32,896 nt of DNA, taken from IMG/VR virus record IMGVR_UViG_3300030330_003037, positions 1-32,896 of that record. The stretch is one strand, 5' to 3'. Origin of the DNA: a virus. Taxonomy: Duplodnaviria > Caudoviricetes. Both the position numbers and the translations under genes were made by a program. Shown here piece by piece: positions 16,246 through 25,878 of the stretch (position 1 is its first letter; every line of letters begins with the position of its first letter). A model generated the notes under the pieces. That model was not told the origin of the DNA. It searched no databases and saw only the letters and a list, made by a program, of their open reading frames with translations.

Positions 16246-17590
16246 TCTGGGCGAGCGTTACGGCTCAGAGCACAAATACCATGACCTGCGTTCCCCTGCG
16301 GAAGCAATTAAACTGCTGTGCATCAATGAGCCAAAGTTTGCCAAGGAGCTAGCCCAGGCGCATGAGCATGGCATTGGTTACACGGTTGTGCAGGCCGATG
16401 AGTTTTTGGGATATGACGATTTGCACTTGCCGTTAGGCAGCAATGATTTAGTGCTTACGCCTGTCATTGCAGGTAGTGGTGGTGGTGGCACCACCACAAT
16501 CCTTGCTGGCGTTGGCCTTATTGCAGCGGCAATTATTTTTGCTCCTGCTGGCGCCGGATTCTTGGGCGTTGGATTGGGAGTTGGCGCAACAACTACAGCA
16601 ACATTTAGTCTTGCTGCTGGAGCTTATGTTGCTACTACTGCCTCTGTTTTGTCGGCTGGTTTATCTGTTGCCCTTGGAGCGATCGGCACAAGCTTGGTGC
16701 TTACTGGAGTATCTCAAATGCTTTCGCCGCAACCAACTGTCCCTAGTATCGGAGGCGGCAGCAGAACTTCTCCAGGTGAAAACACCAATGCAACTGGACC
16801 GCAGGGCGTTTCACGCGCCACCTCTGGTCAGCAGTCTTACGCTTTTTCTGGCCCTGCAAACACGGTTGGTGTTGGAGCGACAGTGCCTCTTGTTTACGGC
16901 AAGCTTTTGATCGGCAGTCACCTGATTTCATCGAAGGTAGAGGTCACAAGCGAAAGCGACCCAACTGGTGCGTATTTCTCGCCGCCAGGCAGGGACTCAA
17001 TCACAGTCAACGGGGAGAAGCCTTCATTTGAGTTTGAAGTCCTTAACGGCCTAAGAACAAGACGATGGTTTTACCATCAAACTAAATTTCGCAACAGGCA
17101 GTCAAATAACGGCCGTTTTATTCAAAGAGTAAGATCTGACACTCTTAACTTTAATGTTGGTGAAATTGACAGGGTTAGTTCTGTTATTGATTTTGACGCT
17201 GACGATCGTAAGTCCGAAAACTTGCAAATCTTCTTTGAGATTGATAATGGTTTGAGCCGCGTTATTGGCAGCCAGTTAGTCCCTGCATTCGTGACATATG
17301 AAATTACTTTAAAGAAGAGCAATTACGACGGAGAGTCCCCTGTGTTTGGCAGAGTCCGCGCTACGGTGCAGGGGCTTTTAAGGAAAACAGACAACTACAA
17401 GTGGTGCCATGCCATTGATGTTGGGCATAGTGGAGTTGAGGACAATGACACGGTTGTAGACACTAGGGTGCAAGTCATAGACACAGACGCCGACAACAAA
17501 GGTGGTCGTATTAGGATCAGAGCAATCGGATACAAGAATTTTCGCAGAAACAGCGAGAACTTTACTGAAAACCTTGTAGTTGATTCGTAA
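16217..17590 (+). CDS. Tail assembly protein I-like with a long C-terminal extension
   Basis: ATG 16217; VRLLGDLGERYG, SPAEAIKLL, PVIAGSGG, hydrophobic G/A-rich segment, SYAFSGPANT...VPLVYG. Confidence 0.85.
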   Translation: MQQTVRLLGDLGERYGSEHKYHDLRSPAEAIKLLCINEPKFAKELAQAHEHGIGYTVVQADEFLGYDDLHLPLGSNDLVLTPVIAGSGGGGTTTILAGVGLIAAAIIFAPAGAGFLGVGLGVGATTTATFSLAAGAYVATTASVLSAGLSVALGAIGTSLVLTGVSQMLSPQPTVPSIGGGSRTSPGENTNATGPQGVSRATSGQQSYAFSGPANTVGVGATVPLVYGKLLIGSHLISSKVEVTSESDPTGAYFSPPGRDSITVNGEKPSFEFEVLNGLRTRRWFYHQTKFRNRQSNNGRFIQRVRSDTLNFNVGEIDRVSSVIDFDADDRKSENLQIFFEIDNGLSRVIGSQLVPAFVTYEITLKKSNYDGESPVFGRVRATVQGLLRKTDNYKWCHAIDVGHSGVEDNDTVVDTRVQVIDTDADNKGGRIRIRAIGYKNFRRNSENFTENLVVDS

Positions 17591-19662
17591 TGGGACTTAA
17601 CTCTGAGTCTGTAATTAAGATCATCGACCTTCTGTGTGAGGGGCCGATTGATGGGATTGAAGGCGCTAGGAAGGGCGTTTTTCTTGATGAGTCACCTTTG
17701 CGATCAAAGAAAAATAACCAAGATCTTGTTAGGAAAAGCCATTGTTCTTATACGCTACGGGAAGGCGGACGCACACAGAATTATTTGCCTCAAGCAAAAG
17801 GCAAAACCAGCAACATTATTAACGTCAACAAAGAAGTAGGGCAAGGTTACACAGAAATTCTGAACAAAACTGGCACCGCAGTTAAACGAAGAAATTACGG
17901 CAGCGGCAGTCAGACCGTTCAAATTACCGACACCGATGTTGATAGCGTTGACCTAATTTTCACGATTCCACGTCTTTTTTCTACAGCACAAGAGGGTCTG
18001 GTTAAGGGTCAACTTTTTGATGCTGAGATCAATTTTGACATAAAAGTCCAAGACGTAGGTAGTGGTACTGCGTTTAAGAGCGTTAAGAAAACAAGTATTG
18101 ATGAGGTAAGTGAGGAATTTAAAGGTGGCTCCAGCAATGTTTACGTTATCGAGGGGATTAGCACCACAAACTATCAATATCAAGTAAGCGGAATCGAGCT
18201 TGAAGGTAAAGGCCCTTGGAACATCAAGGTTACTAAATACCCTAACTCTAGATTCCATGGCGATATCAAACATAGCCAAAGCAATGCTGGCACTATCGAT
18301 AAGCGCATGTTTGCTGCTTCTTTCAAAGATTTTGAAGATGTAGACAAGCGCACTCCGCTAAAAGACGGGCGTGCTAATACTCTTGTCTGGTCTGCAGTTG
18401 TAGAGCACGTTGATATTAGGACGGCCTATCCATTCTCGGCTTGCGTCGGGATGAGCATCTCAACCGACGAGTTCCAGACATTGCCGACTAGAGCTTATTT
18501 AGTACGAGGCAAGAAAGTTCGGGTTCCGCATAATGCTGTGCCAAGAAAAGATGGAAGTTTGAGCTTTCATGGCAATTTTAATGGAAAGCTAGGGGCTTCA
18601 GTGTGGACAACATGTCCCGTTTGCATTTTCTACGACTTGCTTGTAAACGAGCGTTATGGCGCGGGACATTTTATTGACAAGAAAAATTTAAGCTGGGTTG
18701 ATTTGTACCCTTTAGCGCGTTACGCAAACGCGCTTATTGACGGCGAGCCGCGTTTTGCTTGCAACGTTCAAGTGTCATCGCAAGCGCAAGCCTTCACCGT
18801 TTTGCAGGACTTTGCCAGCATATTCAGGGGCATGATGTATTGGCAGTCAAACACCATCCAAGTGACTGCAGATCATGGCAACCTTGACGGTAGCGATGTT
18901 GATCCTGTCCATATCTTTTCAAACTCTGGCGTGATCAATGGAGCTTTTAACTATAGTGGCTCTTCACTGAAGACTCGCAGCACTAGCATCAAAATCCGCT
19001 ACAACGATCCAGACAATTTCTATAAACCAAACGTTATCTGCATTGAAGACGCGGCTTTGATTTCAAAGTATGGCTATCAGTCCAAAGAGGTTCTGGCTTT
19101 CGGCTGCACGTCCAAAAAACAAGCCAAACGCATGGGGCGGTGGATGATGAAGTCAGAGGAGCTTGACGCCAATACGGTGACGTTTGCTGTCGGCCTCGAT
19201 GGCGCTCTTGTGTTTCCTGGGCAGGTCTTTGCAGTACAGGACGAGATGCGTGCTGGTCAAAGGTTGTCTGGCCGGATCAGCAGCTCAACGACAACTCAAA
19301 TTGTGGCGGACCAGTCGATTACTTTACCGAGTGGCAGCAACCCAACTTTGACGTGCGTGTTGACAAATGGAACGGTAGAAAGCAAGCCAATCAATCAGAA
19401 CACTTCTAGCGGAACACTTGTTCAAGTCACTTCAGCGTTCAGCGAAACTCCGCTTGCAGATGCCATTTACTCAATCAGCACTGACAACGTTCAAGAACAG
19501 AAATTCCGCTGCCTTTCTGTTGCTGACAATGGTGATGGAACGTTTGCTGTTGTTGGCGTTGAATTTAACGATAGCATTTATGCAGCAGCAGACGAGGATG
19601 AAGAGCTTGAGTTTATAGACGTGACTAACTTGGATGAAACTCCTGCTATCCCCATAATCTGA
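17590..19662 (+). CDS. Tail tip or host-specificity protein J, N-terminal part
   Basis: IDLLCEGPIDG, WTTCPVCIFYDLLVNERYGAG, EPRFACN, FRGMMYW, AFGCTSKKQAKRMGRW. Confidence 0.9.
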   Translation: MGLNSESVIKIIDLLCEGPIDGIEGARKGVFLDESPLRSKKNNQDLVRKSHCSYTLREGGRTQNYLPQAKGKTSNIINVNKEVGQGYTEILNKTGTAVKRRNYGSGSQTVQITDTDVDSVDLIFTIPRLFSTAQEGLVKGQLFDAEINFDIKVQDVGSGTAFKSVKKTSIDEVSEEFKGGSSNVYVIEGISTTNYQYQVSGIELEGKGPWNIKVTKYPNSRFHGDIKHSQSNAGTIDKRMFAASFKDFEDVDKRTPLKDGRANTLVWSAVVEHVDIRTAYPFSACVGMSISTDEFQTLPTRAYLVRGKKVRVPHNAVPRKDGSLSFHGNFNGKLGASVWTTCPVCIFYDLLVNERYGAGHFIDKKNLSWVDLYPLARYANALIDGEPRFACNVQVSSQAQAFTVLQDFASIFRGMMYWQSNTIQVTADHGNLDGSDVDPVHIFSNSGVINGAFNYSGSSLKTRSTSIKIRYNDPDNFYKPNVICIEDAALISKYGYQSKEVLAFGCTSKKQAKRMGRWMMKSEELDANTVTFAVGLDGALVFPGQVFAVQDEMRAGQRLSGRISSSTTTQIVADQSITLPSGSNPTLTCVLTNGTVESKPINQNTSSGTLVQVTSAFSETPLADAIYSISTDNVQEQKFRCLSVADNGDGTFAVVGVEFNDSIYAAADEDEELEFIDVTNLDETPAIPII

Positions 19663-21140
19663 TGCCGATTGACTTTCAGCTAATTTCAAAGGACGGCGGC
19701 CTGACAAACCGTGGTGTAGCCACTTGGACGAGAGGCACTGGCGGGTTTACTGCTTCTTTTGATGTAAGGCATCGAATAGATAAAGGCACTTTTACGCAGT
19801 TAAACACAACTAGCACGTCGATTGCAGTTGATGGAATCAAGCCTGGCTCAACTTTTGAGGTGCAGGTCCGAGCTGTTGGTATCGGCTTTCCTGTCAAAAG
19901 ATCTACTTTTGCAAAAGTAAAAGCAGTTGCACCGGCACTTCCTGATCTTGGTAAGGATGAAAAAGGAAAGCCGGTCGCACAGGTTGTTCCTAACGTCATC
20001 AATCTTTCGTTCAGTCCAATTAACGATACGCAAGGAGCCCTTAAGTGGAACCCACCTGCAAACGAAAAGCTCAATAATCTTGTAGCTCTGATCAGACATT
20101 CAAGCAAAACAGATGGCACCGGCACATTTGCTAATTCCGTGAAACTGGCGGAAGTGCAGGCAACAGCAAACATAGCAACCGTTCCACTGATGAACGGTGA
20201 ATACATTATCAAGCTGCAAGATCAAACAACCAAGGTTAAAAGCGCCACGCCGATCAGTCTTGTCTTAAACATTCCTGATGCAATACCCAAGCTTTTAATT
20301 CAAACAAGGCGTGAAGATACAGACACTCCTCCATTTCAGGGCGAGAAGTTTGGTTGTTTTTACAGCGAGGAAAACGATGGCTTGGTTTTAGATGGGCAAG
20401 ACACGATCGATGATGTGCTGCTCATTGACGATCTGTCTGAGATGGACTTCATCGGTGAGCGTCTTGCCAGCGGTGAATATGAGTTTCCTGCATTGTTGGA
20501 TCTAGGTGGCAAGTTTCAAGTCGACCTAGACCGCACGATAAATTCACGCGGCCTGTACCCGAGTGATTTGATTGATGATCGCTCGGAGCTGGTCGACGCT
20601 TGGAGTGATTGGGATGGAACGCTGGCAGAAGACACCAACGCAATCCTTTACTTCCGCAGCAGCAATCAAGCGGTTTCAGCGGATGACATCTTGCTTGAGG
20701 CAAGTCCGGACTTCTTTTTGCTTGAAGATGGCGACAATCTGCAGCAGGAGTCTTCAGTAAAATTTGGCGATTGGCGTGTTTTGGAGAAATCTAGGTTTGT
20801 TGCTCGCACGTTCCAGTTCAAGTGTGAGCTAGAGGCTGAACATCCTGATCAGACGCCGTTGGTTGAAGAACTGGGTTATCAGGTGTCCATTCCGTCTAGG
20901 ACTGAAAGCTCTGCGACGATTGCGTCTGGAGCGGCGGCAAAGGCCGTGACGTTCACGAATGCTTTCTATCAAGCCCCTTCAGTTGGGGTTACGGCTTTTA
21001 ATCTTGCCAGTGGGGATTATTATGAGGTCACATCCGTCACGCGGACTGGCTTCACGGTTCATTTCAAGGATTCCAGCAATTCTTCGATTAACCGCAACTT
21101 CCAGTACGTCGCAGCGGGCTTTGGCTCTGAGCAAACCTAG
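19662..21140 (+). CDS. Tail tip protein J, C-terminal part (FN3-like domains)
   Basis: IKPGSTFEVQVRAV FN3 signature; C-terminal VTFTNAFYQAPSV...TRTGFTVHF...FQYVAAGFG; TGATG-coupled. Confidence 0.8.
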   Translation: MPIDFQLISKDGGLTNRGVATWTRGTGGFTASFDVRHRIDKGTFTQLNTTSTSIAVDGIKPGSTFEVQVRAVGIGFPVKRSTFAKVKAVAPALPDLGKDEKGKPVAQVVPNVINLSFSPINDTQGALKWNPPANEKLNNLVALIRHSSKTDGTGTFANSVKLAEVQATANIATVPLMNGEYIIKLQDQTTKVKSATPISLVLNIPDAIPKLLIQTRREDTDTPPFQGEKFGCFYSEENDGLVLDGQDTIDDVLLIDDLSEMDFIGERLASGEYEFPALLDLGGKFQVDLDRTINSRGLYPSDLIDDRSELVDAWSDWDGTLAEDTNAILYFRSSNQAVSADDILLEASPDFFLLEDGDNLQQESSVKFGDWRVLEKSRFVARTFQFKCELEAEHPDQTPLVEELGYQVSIPSRTESSATIASGAAAKAVTFTNAFYQAPSVGVTAFNLASGDYYEVTSVTRTGFTVHFKDSSNSSINRNFQYVAAGFGSEQT

Positions 21141-21142
21141 AA

Positions 21143-22723
21143 ATGGCAACCCACGATTACGTCCTTGCCAACCAAAGCGGCAGTTCGTTCCGTTCGGACC
21201 TGAACAACGCATTGGCTGCAATCGTCAGTCAGAACAGCAGTGCGACAGAGCCCGCAACCAAGTACGCCTATCAGTACTGGGTCGATACCAGCGCAACACC
21301 TGCGCTGATTAAGCAGCGGAATGCTGCAAACAATAATTGGGTAACTCTGGCGGAAGTTGGCGGCCAAACGCTTGCTGATGATGGAACGAATGCAAAGCCT
21401 GGTATCTCGTTTGCTGATGATGTGAATACGGGCCTAAAAAGAAATGCCGCTGATGACGTTTCAATCGTCACAGGCGGCACTCAAGCCATCACGATTGATA
21501 GCTCACAAAATGTTGCGATTGGTACGTCAGGTCCAAGTTCCCAATTGCATTTAAAAAAATCTGACGCTACTGCTTACAGCGCGACCGCAACAGACGGACA
21601 AGTCGGCGTTGGTCCTACTTTATATCTAGAGAACCCAGCAAACACTAATGCAAGTGTCGGCGGTCAGATCGTATTTGGTATGCGATCAACCGAAGAGCAA
21701 GTAAGAATCGCTGCAACTGGTGGAACTACACCTGCACTGACTTTTGGCACTGCAGATGTTGAGCGGATGAGAATCAATTCCAGCGGCAAAGTTGGTATTG
21801 GGACGACGAGTCCTGAAGCAAAACTAAACATTTCTTCTGGGGATGTAGGATTTACTCCAAATGCAGACGCTGATGAACTATTTCTTGAGCATACAGATAA
21901 TTGCGGAATAACGATAGGCTGCGGTCCTAATAAAACAGGCAATATTTACTTCGGCGAGCAAGGAGTAGGAACTAGTCGTGGCGCAATTGTGTATAAAACA
22001 AATGGTAATTCCATGGCCTTCAGCACTGCTGGGCTTACAAATGAACGGATGAAAATCAATGGCAATGGCTACGTCACCCTTGCAGACCAAGCAGCGAGCA
22101 ACGCCATGTTGAGCATTCCTGTTCTTAGCAGCGGTATTGGTGCGATTACATCAGAAGCAGGCACTTCAGGTAACCGCCTCCATATGCGTTTCAAAAACAC
22201 TAACGGCTTAGTCGGCTCAATTGTTACAGGCGGCAGCGGAACCGCATATAACACTTCATCTGATTATCGACTAAAAGAAAATGTTGTTGACATTGCTGAT
22301 GGCATAACTCGCGTCAAGCAACTTGCACCAAAACGGTTCAACTTTATTGTTGATGCAGACACAACCGTTGACGGCTTTTTAGCTCATGAGGCGCAAACTG
22401 TCGTACCAGAAGCTGTTACTGGAACGCAGGATGAAACGGAAAATATCGGCACTCTCACTGAATGGGATGGAACCGTTCTTGAAACTGATGTTGTTGAGCC
22501 TGCGGCTGACGAACTGACTTGGGAAGAAACAATAACTGATGAAGACGGCAACGAAACCGTCGAGACTCGCACCCGTACTTGGACTCAAACCGGCAGCCAA
22601 CCTGTATATCAAGGCATTGATCAAGCTAAATTAGTGCCTTTGTTGACTGCTGCGTTGCAGGAGGCAATCGCCAAGATCGAAACGCTCGAAACCAAAGTCG
22701 CTGCTCTGGAGGCTGCTAACTGA
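21143..22723 (+). CDS. Tail fibre with C-terminal intramolecular chaperone (peptidase S74-like)
   Basis: ERMRINSSGKVGIGTTSP-type repeats; TSSDYRLKENV cleavage motif, GFLAHEAQTVVPEAV, KLVPLLTAALQE coiled coil. Confidence 0.9.
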   Translation: MATHDYVLANQSGSSFRSDLNNALAAIVSQNSSATEPATKYAYQYWVDTSATPALIKQRNAANNNWVTLAEVGGQTLADDGTNAKPGISFADDVNTGLKRNAADDVSIVTGGTQAITIDSSQNVAIGTSGPSSQLHLKKSDATAYSATATDGQVGVGPTLYLENPANTNASVGGQIVFGMRSTEEQVRIAATGGTTPALTFGTADVERMRINSSGKVGIGTTSPEAKLNISSGDVGFTPNADADELFLEHTDNCGITIGCGPNKTGNIYFGEQGVGTSRGAIVYKTNGNSMAFSTAGLTNERMKINGNGYVTLADQAASNAMLSIPVLSSGIGAITSEAGTSGNRLHMRFKNTNGLVGSIVTGGSGTAYNTSSDYRLKENVVDIADGITRVKQLAPKRFNFIVDADTTVDGFLAHEAQTVVPEAVTGTQDETENIGTLTEWDGTVLETDVVEPAADELTWEETITDEDGNETVETRTRTWTQTGSQPVYQGIDQAKLVPLLTAALQEAIAKIETLETKVAALEAAN

Positions 22724-23892
22724 TGGCTACCCGCAAACTTTCTGAGCTTACAGAGCTAACCACCCCTGCTGGTGGTGATGAGTTTCTAGTGCTTGATGCG
22801 TCGGAAAGCACTGACGTTAATAAGAACAAGCGTGTTCGGTTCTCAACCCTTTGCGACCACATTCCCAATGGAAGCGTTGCAGCGCCTTCGCTTGGGTTCG
22901 TCTCTGACACTGGCGACAGTGGTTTCTTCCGCAGCGGAGAGGATGAAATCGCAATCAGCACCAACAACACGCTCAACAGCAAGTTCACGACAACGGGCTT
23001 TCAGGTTGGCGATGGAACGGCAACAGCTCTGTTCCACACGTTCAAGTCGACGACTGGCGATGACGTAATCATTGAGAACACCGAGCCAGGAGCGGCTGAA
23101 GGCCCAAACGTTGTTCTGTATCGCAACTCTGCATCTCCCGCTGATAACGATGTCCTTGGAACGATTGAGTTTCGCGGGGAAGACGACGCCGGAGATGCAC
23201 AGTCTTATGCAGAGATCACCGCATCGATTGTTGACGCAAGCAACAGCACTGAAGACGGTCGGATTGATTTCAACACCACAACCGCTGGCAGCTCGTCCAC
23301 TGTTGTCAGATTGCAAGAAGGCAAGGTTGGCATCAATGAATCTGCACCTGAGGCTCCGATCCATGTAACTGATTCGGACACGCAGATTTTGCGTCTGGAG
23401 TGCCCAAACAATGATGCGTCATCTGGCGCGGACATCAGGATGTATCGCCACCGCAATGATGCGGTTGGTCAAGATGATGATGCTCTAAGCACTGTCTTTT
23501 TCAGAGGTCATAACGACGACTCCGACGCTGCACAGCGTGAGGTCGATTATGCGCAAGTGCAGGCGGTGATCGCTGATGCGACTGCAGACAGTGAAGACGG
23601 CAAGTTGCTGCTGCAGGTTCAAACTGCTGGCACGATGACGACCCAGCTTGAGGTCAACTCAAACAAGATTGGTTTCTTTGGTGCGACGGCTGCTATCCAG
23701 TCCACGCACGTTGCCGATCTTGCCGCGACTGCAACCTCTGGAACCCTGCCAACTGCTGATGGAACGATGACGATTGCCGACGCAGCGTCACCGACTAATG
23801 CGGAGTTGCTTGAGTATTGTCGCGAGCTTGAGGCAAAGGTGAATTCCCTTCTAGCCTTTGCGAGTGCTCACGGCCTGATGGCCTCTAGCTGA
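22723..23892 (+). CDS. Second tail fibre-like protein
   Basis: RKLSELTEL N-terminus, GSVAAPSLGF, KVGINESAP, two tandem internal modules. Confidence 0.75.
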   Translation: MATRKLSELTELTTPAGGDEFLVLDASESTDVNKNKRVRFSTLCDHIPNGSVAAPSLGFVSDTGDSGFFRSGEDEIAISTNNTLNSKFTTTGFQVGDGTATALFHTFKSTTGDDVIIENTEPGAAEGPNVVLYRNSASPADNDVLGTIEFRGEDDAGDAQSYAEITASIVDASNSTEDGRIDFNTTTAGSSSTVVRLQEGKVGINESAPEAPIHVTDSDTQILRLECPNNDASSGADIRMYRHRNDAVGQDDDALSTVFFRGHNDDSDAAQREVDYAQVQAVIADATADSEDGKLLLQVQTAGTMTTQLEVNSNKIGFFGATAAIQSTHVADLAATATSGTLPTADGTMTIADAASPTNAELLEYCRELEAKVNSLLAFASAHGLMASS

Positions 23893-24071
23893 TGGAACGA
23901 CCTGATCCGATGATCCCATGCAAGCCTGGTGCGGAGGACGTTGAGGCCATGGCTAATCGCCAAGCATGGCTGAACGAGCTTTATGTGTTCGATCGTCGGG
24001 ATGATCCTGATCACCCGATGCACGGTCTTTTCACTGGCTTGGCGCAAAAGTATCAACAGTTTCGTGGCTGA
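23892..24071 (+). CDS. Hypothetical protein, 59 aa (not in ORF track)
   Basis: MERPDPMIPCKPGAEDVEAMANRQAWLNELYVFDGRDDPDHPMHGLFTGLAQKYQQFRG*; TGATG overlaps at both ends. Confidence 0.75.
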   Translation: MERPDPMIPCKPGAEDVEAMANRQAWLNELYVFDRRDDPDHPMHGLFTGLAQKYQQFRG

Positions 24072-24196
24072 TGGCTAAGTCATTGAGTGGGCAAAATTTT
24101 GTGCCTAGCAAGCCAAAAAAGACACGTCAAGGTGATGGATCACATTCAAAACCGTCCCATGGACGGAAGAAGTATCGTGGCCAAGGGAAAATCTGA
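24071..24196 (+). CDS. Small basic protein, 41 aa (not in ORF track)
   Basis: MAKSLSGQNFVPSKPKKTRQGDGSHSKPSHGRKKYRGQGKI*. Confidence 0.7.
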   Translation: MAKSLSGQNFVPSKPKKTRQGDGSHSKPSHGRKKYRGQGKI

Positions 24197-24207
24197 TTCT
24201 CTTCCAA

Positions 24208-24597
24208 ATGATCAAACTTCTCATTGCGAGTGGTGTCGCCGTTTCAGCAGCTGCGCTGGGATCTCCTGCAATCGCCGGTCCCTATGTGAACGTTGAGAAC
24301 AACGCTGGTTTTGCCGGTGGTGACGGTCTCGACATGGATTACACCGGTTCTGTGACCGACTTTCACGTTGGCATTGAAGGTGGTGACAAGGCTTCCTGGT
24401 ACATGCAGATGGGGCCTGCGCTGATCCAGCCTGATGGTGGTTCAGCTGATGTTGAACTGTCCGGCAAGATCGGTGGCTCTGTTGTCGTCTCTGCAGACGA
24501 AAAGCTGAGCATCTACGGCGAAATCAGCTTCATCACTGTGGACGACTTCGACGCTGCCAACGTCGGGACCAAGATCGGAGCGAAATACTCGTTCTGA
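24208..24597 (+). CDS. Exported small outer-membrane beta-barrel-like protein
   Basis: Signal peptide ending AIA; alternating amphipathic strands; C-terminal KIGAKYSF (terminal Phe). Confidence 0.75.
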   Translation: MIKLLIASGVAVSAAALGSPAIAGPYVNVENNAGFAGGDGLDMDYTGSVTDFHVGIEGGDKASWYMQMGPALIQPDGGSADVELSGKIGGSVVVSADEKLSIYGEISFITVDDFDAANVGTKIGAKYSF

Positions 24598-24622
24598 GCT
24601 AGCGTAAAGCTGCACGGAAACT

Positions 24623-24663
24623 AAACCCCTTCCTGACCTCACACCAGGGAGGGGTTTTTCTTT
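24623..24663 (+). terminator. Rho-independent terminator ending the tail operon
   Basis: AAACCCCTTCCTG-9nt-CAGGGAGGGGTTT followed by TTCTTT. Confidence 0.8.
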
Positions 24664-24673
24664 GGTGATCACT

Positions 24674-24904
24674 ATGCAAAAGATCTACAACCTGCTTGCC
24701 GTCTTGGCATTCGTGATGTCTGGAACGATGGCTGTGAGTGGCGTGTTGTTCTACAGCCGCATCCCATCGCTAACCAAGAAATACATCAGCGAGTTAAAGC
24801 TGGAACTGACAAAGACAATCCTTGATCAAGTCCCCGTCCCAGAAATCCCTGAGATGCCAGAGCTGCCAACGGAGACAGGTCCTGCGATCAAGTCACCATT
24901 TTAG
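24674..24904 (+). CDS. Small membrane-anchored protein with a Pro-rich tail
   Basis: ATG 24674; MQKIYNLLAVLAFVMSGTMAVSGVLFY hydrophobic segment; VPVPEIPEMPELPTETGP. Confidence 0.75.
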   Translation: MQKIYNLLAVLAFVMSGTMAVSGVLFYSRIPSLTKKYISELKLELTKTILDQVPVPEIPEMPELPTETGPAIKSPF

Positions 24905-25202
24905 TGTTGGCGGTTGGATCGTCGTCATGAGCTTCAGGTCCGAAGCCTTCAGCCTTGATTTTTGCCATATCAAGTTCTGGCGCGGCTGTTTGTGGTTTCT
25001 CGTCAAACGAAGCTAGCCATTCACGTATCGCTTGACCTGTTGGTGTTCCTTTTGGCCATCGGATGAACTCAAGCATCCGTTTGTTATCGGTAAAGAGCCG
25101 AGATGTTAAACCGTTTGACACCGTATAAACGATCGGCGGACCTTCACGATGCTTGGTACGTTCTATGAAGAGCTGACCTGCTGTAAACCGATCTGATTCC
25201 AT
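24888..25202 (-). CDS. Hypothetical protein
   Basis: 104-aa ORF filling the gap between two + strand genes. Confidence 0.6.
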   Translation of the reverse strand: MESDRFTAGQLFIERTKHREGPPIVYTVSNGLTSRLFTDNKRMLEFIRWPKGTPTGQAIREWLASFDEKPQTAAPELDMAKIKAEGFGPEAHDDDPTANTKMVT

Positions 25203-25878
25203 GCCAGAGATTCAGGGGATTGGTGTTGGAACGGTAGGCGTGCCAAGCATTGGGGTAACGGAGATTTTGCCACCGCCAAAGTTGCCAGCGGAACCACCTG
25301 TCACGTTAATGCTGGGATTCCCGGTGGCAGACATCCCAGGCGGTGACATTCCGCATTACGAGCCGTTGGAGTTTACGCCGGGTCAACACACGCACCAAAC
25401 AGCGCCAGTCCCAAGGCCAAGCACTGAGGAAAAACCGGCTGATCGCTCAAAGCAGCCGGTCTCTGCACCCCTACCAGCTGCGCCGTTAACAGCTGATAAA
25501 CCCAATGTAGAAAAAGAACTGCCATGTCCCCCTCCTGACGCAATTCCTTTAGGTGCAAAAAACAAATCGCAAACTGCTGTCATCATTGGTTACGAAGTGG
25601 TCGATGGGAAGTGTGAGGCGATCTATGAGCCGTTGGGAATACCAACCATCATTGGGAACTATTTACCTGGTGCGCCTGTTGTTGCGACGACTGCGACGAT
25701 TGCGGCTGTGGCAACTACGGCGGCCATTTTTACAAAACCGTTGGGTGACATCCTGCTCAAAGCAGTCAAACCCATCGTCAAAAAGACAATCAAGAAGATC
25801 AAGGAGAAGCTAGGGAAGAAAGTTAAGGTTGAGTCTGTTTTTGACCGTCGGAAGTTTCAGCGGTCTTTGCGGAAGTAG
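25201..25878 (+). CDS. Pro-rich protein with a C-terminal membrane anchor and basic tail
   Basis: Pro-rich N-half, CPPP...GKC Cys pair, hydrophobic VVATTATIAAVATTAAIF, K-rich C-terminus. Confidence 0.75.
   Translation: MPEIQGIGVGTVGVPSIGVTEILPPPKLPAEPPVTLMLGFPVADIPGGDIPHYEPLEFTPGQHTHQTAPVPRPSTEEKPADRSKQPVSAPLPAAPLTADKPNVEKELPCPPPDAIPLGAKNKSQTAVIIGYEVVDGKCEAIYEPLGIPTIIGNYLPGAPVVATTATIAAVATTAAIFTKPLGDILLKAVKPIVKKTIKKIKEKLGKKVKVESVFDRRKFQRSLRK

Noticed and set aside
21143-23892. Possible diversity-generating retroelement or invertible fibre cassette
   Set aside because: No reverse transcriptase, invertase or near-identical template/variable repeat pair seen in the window
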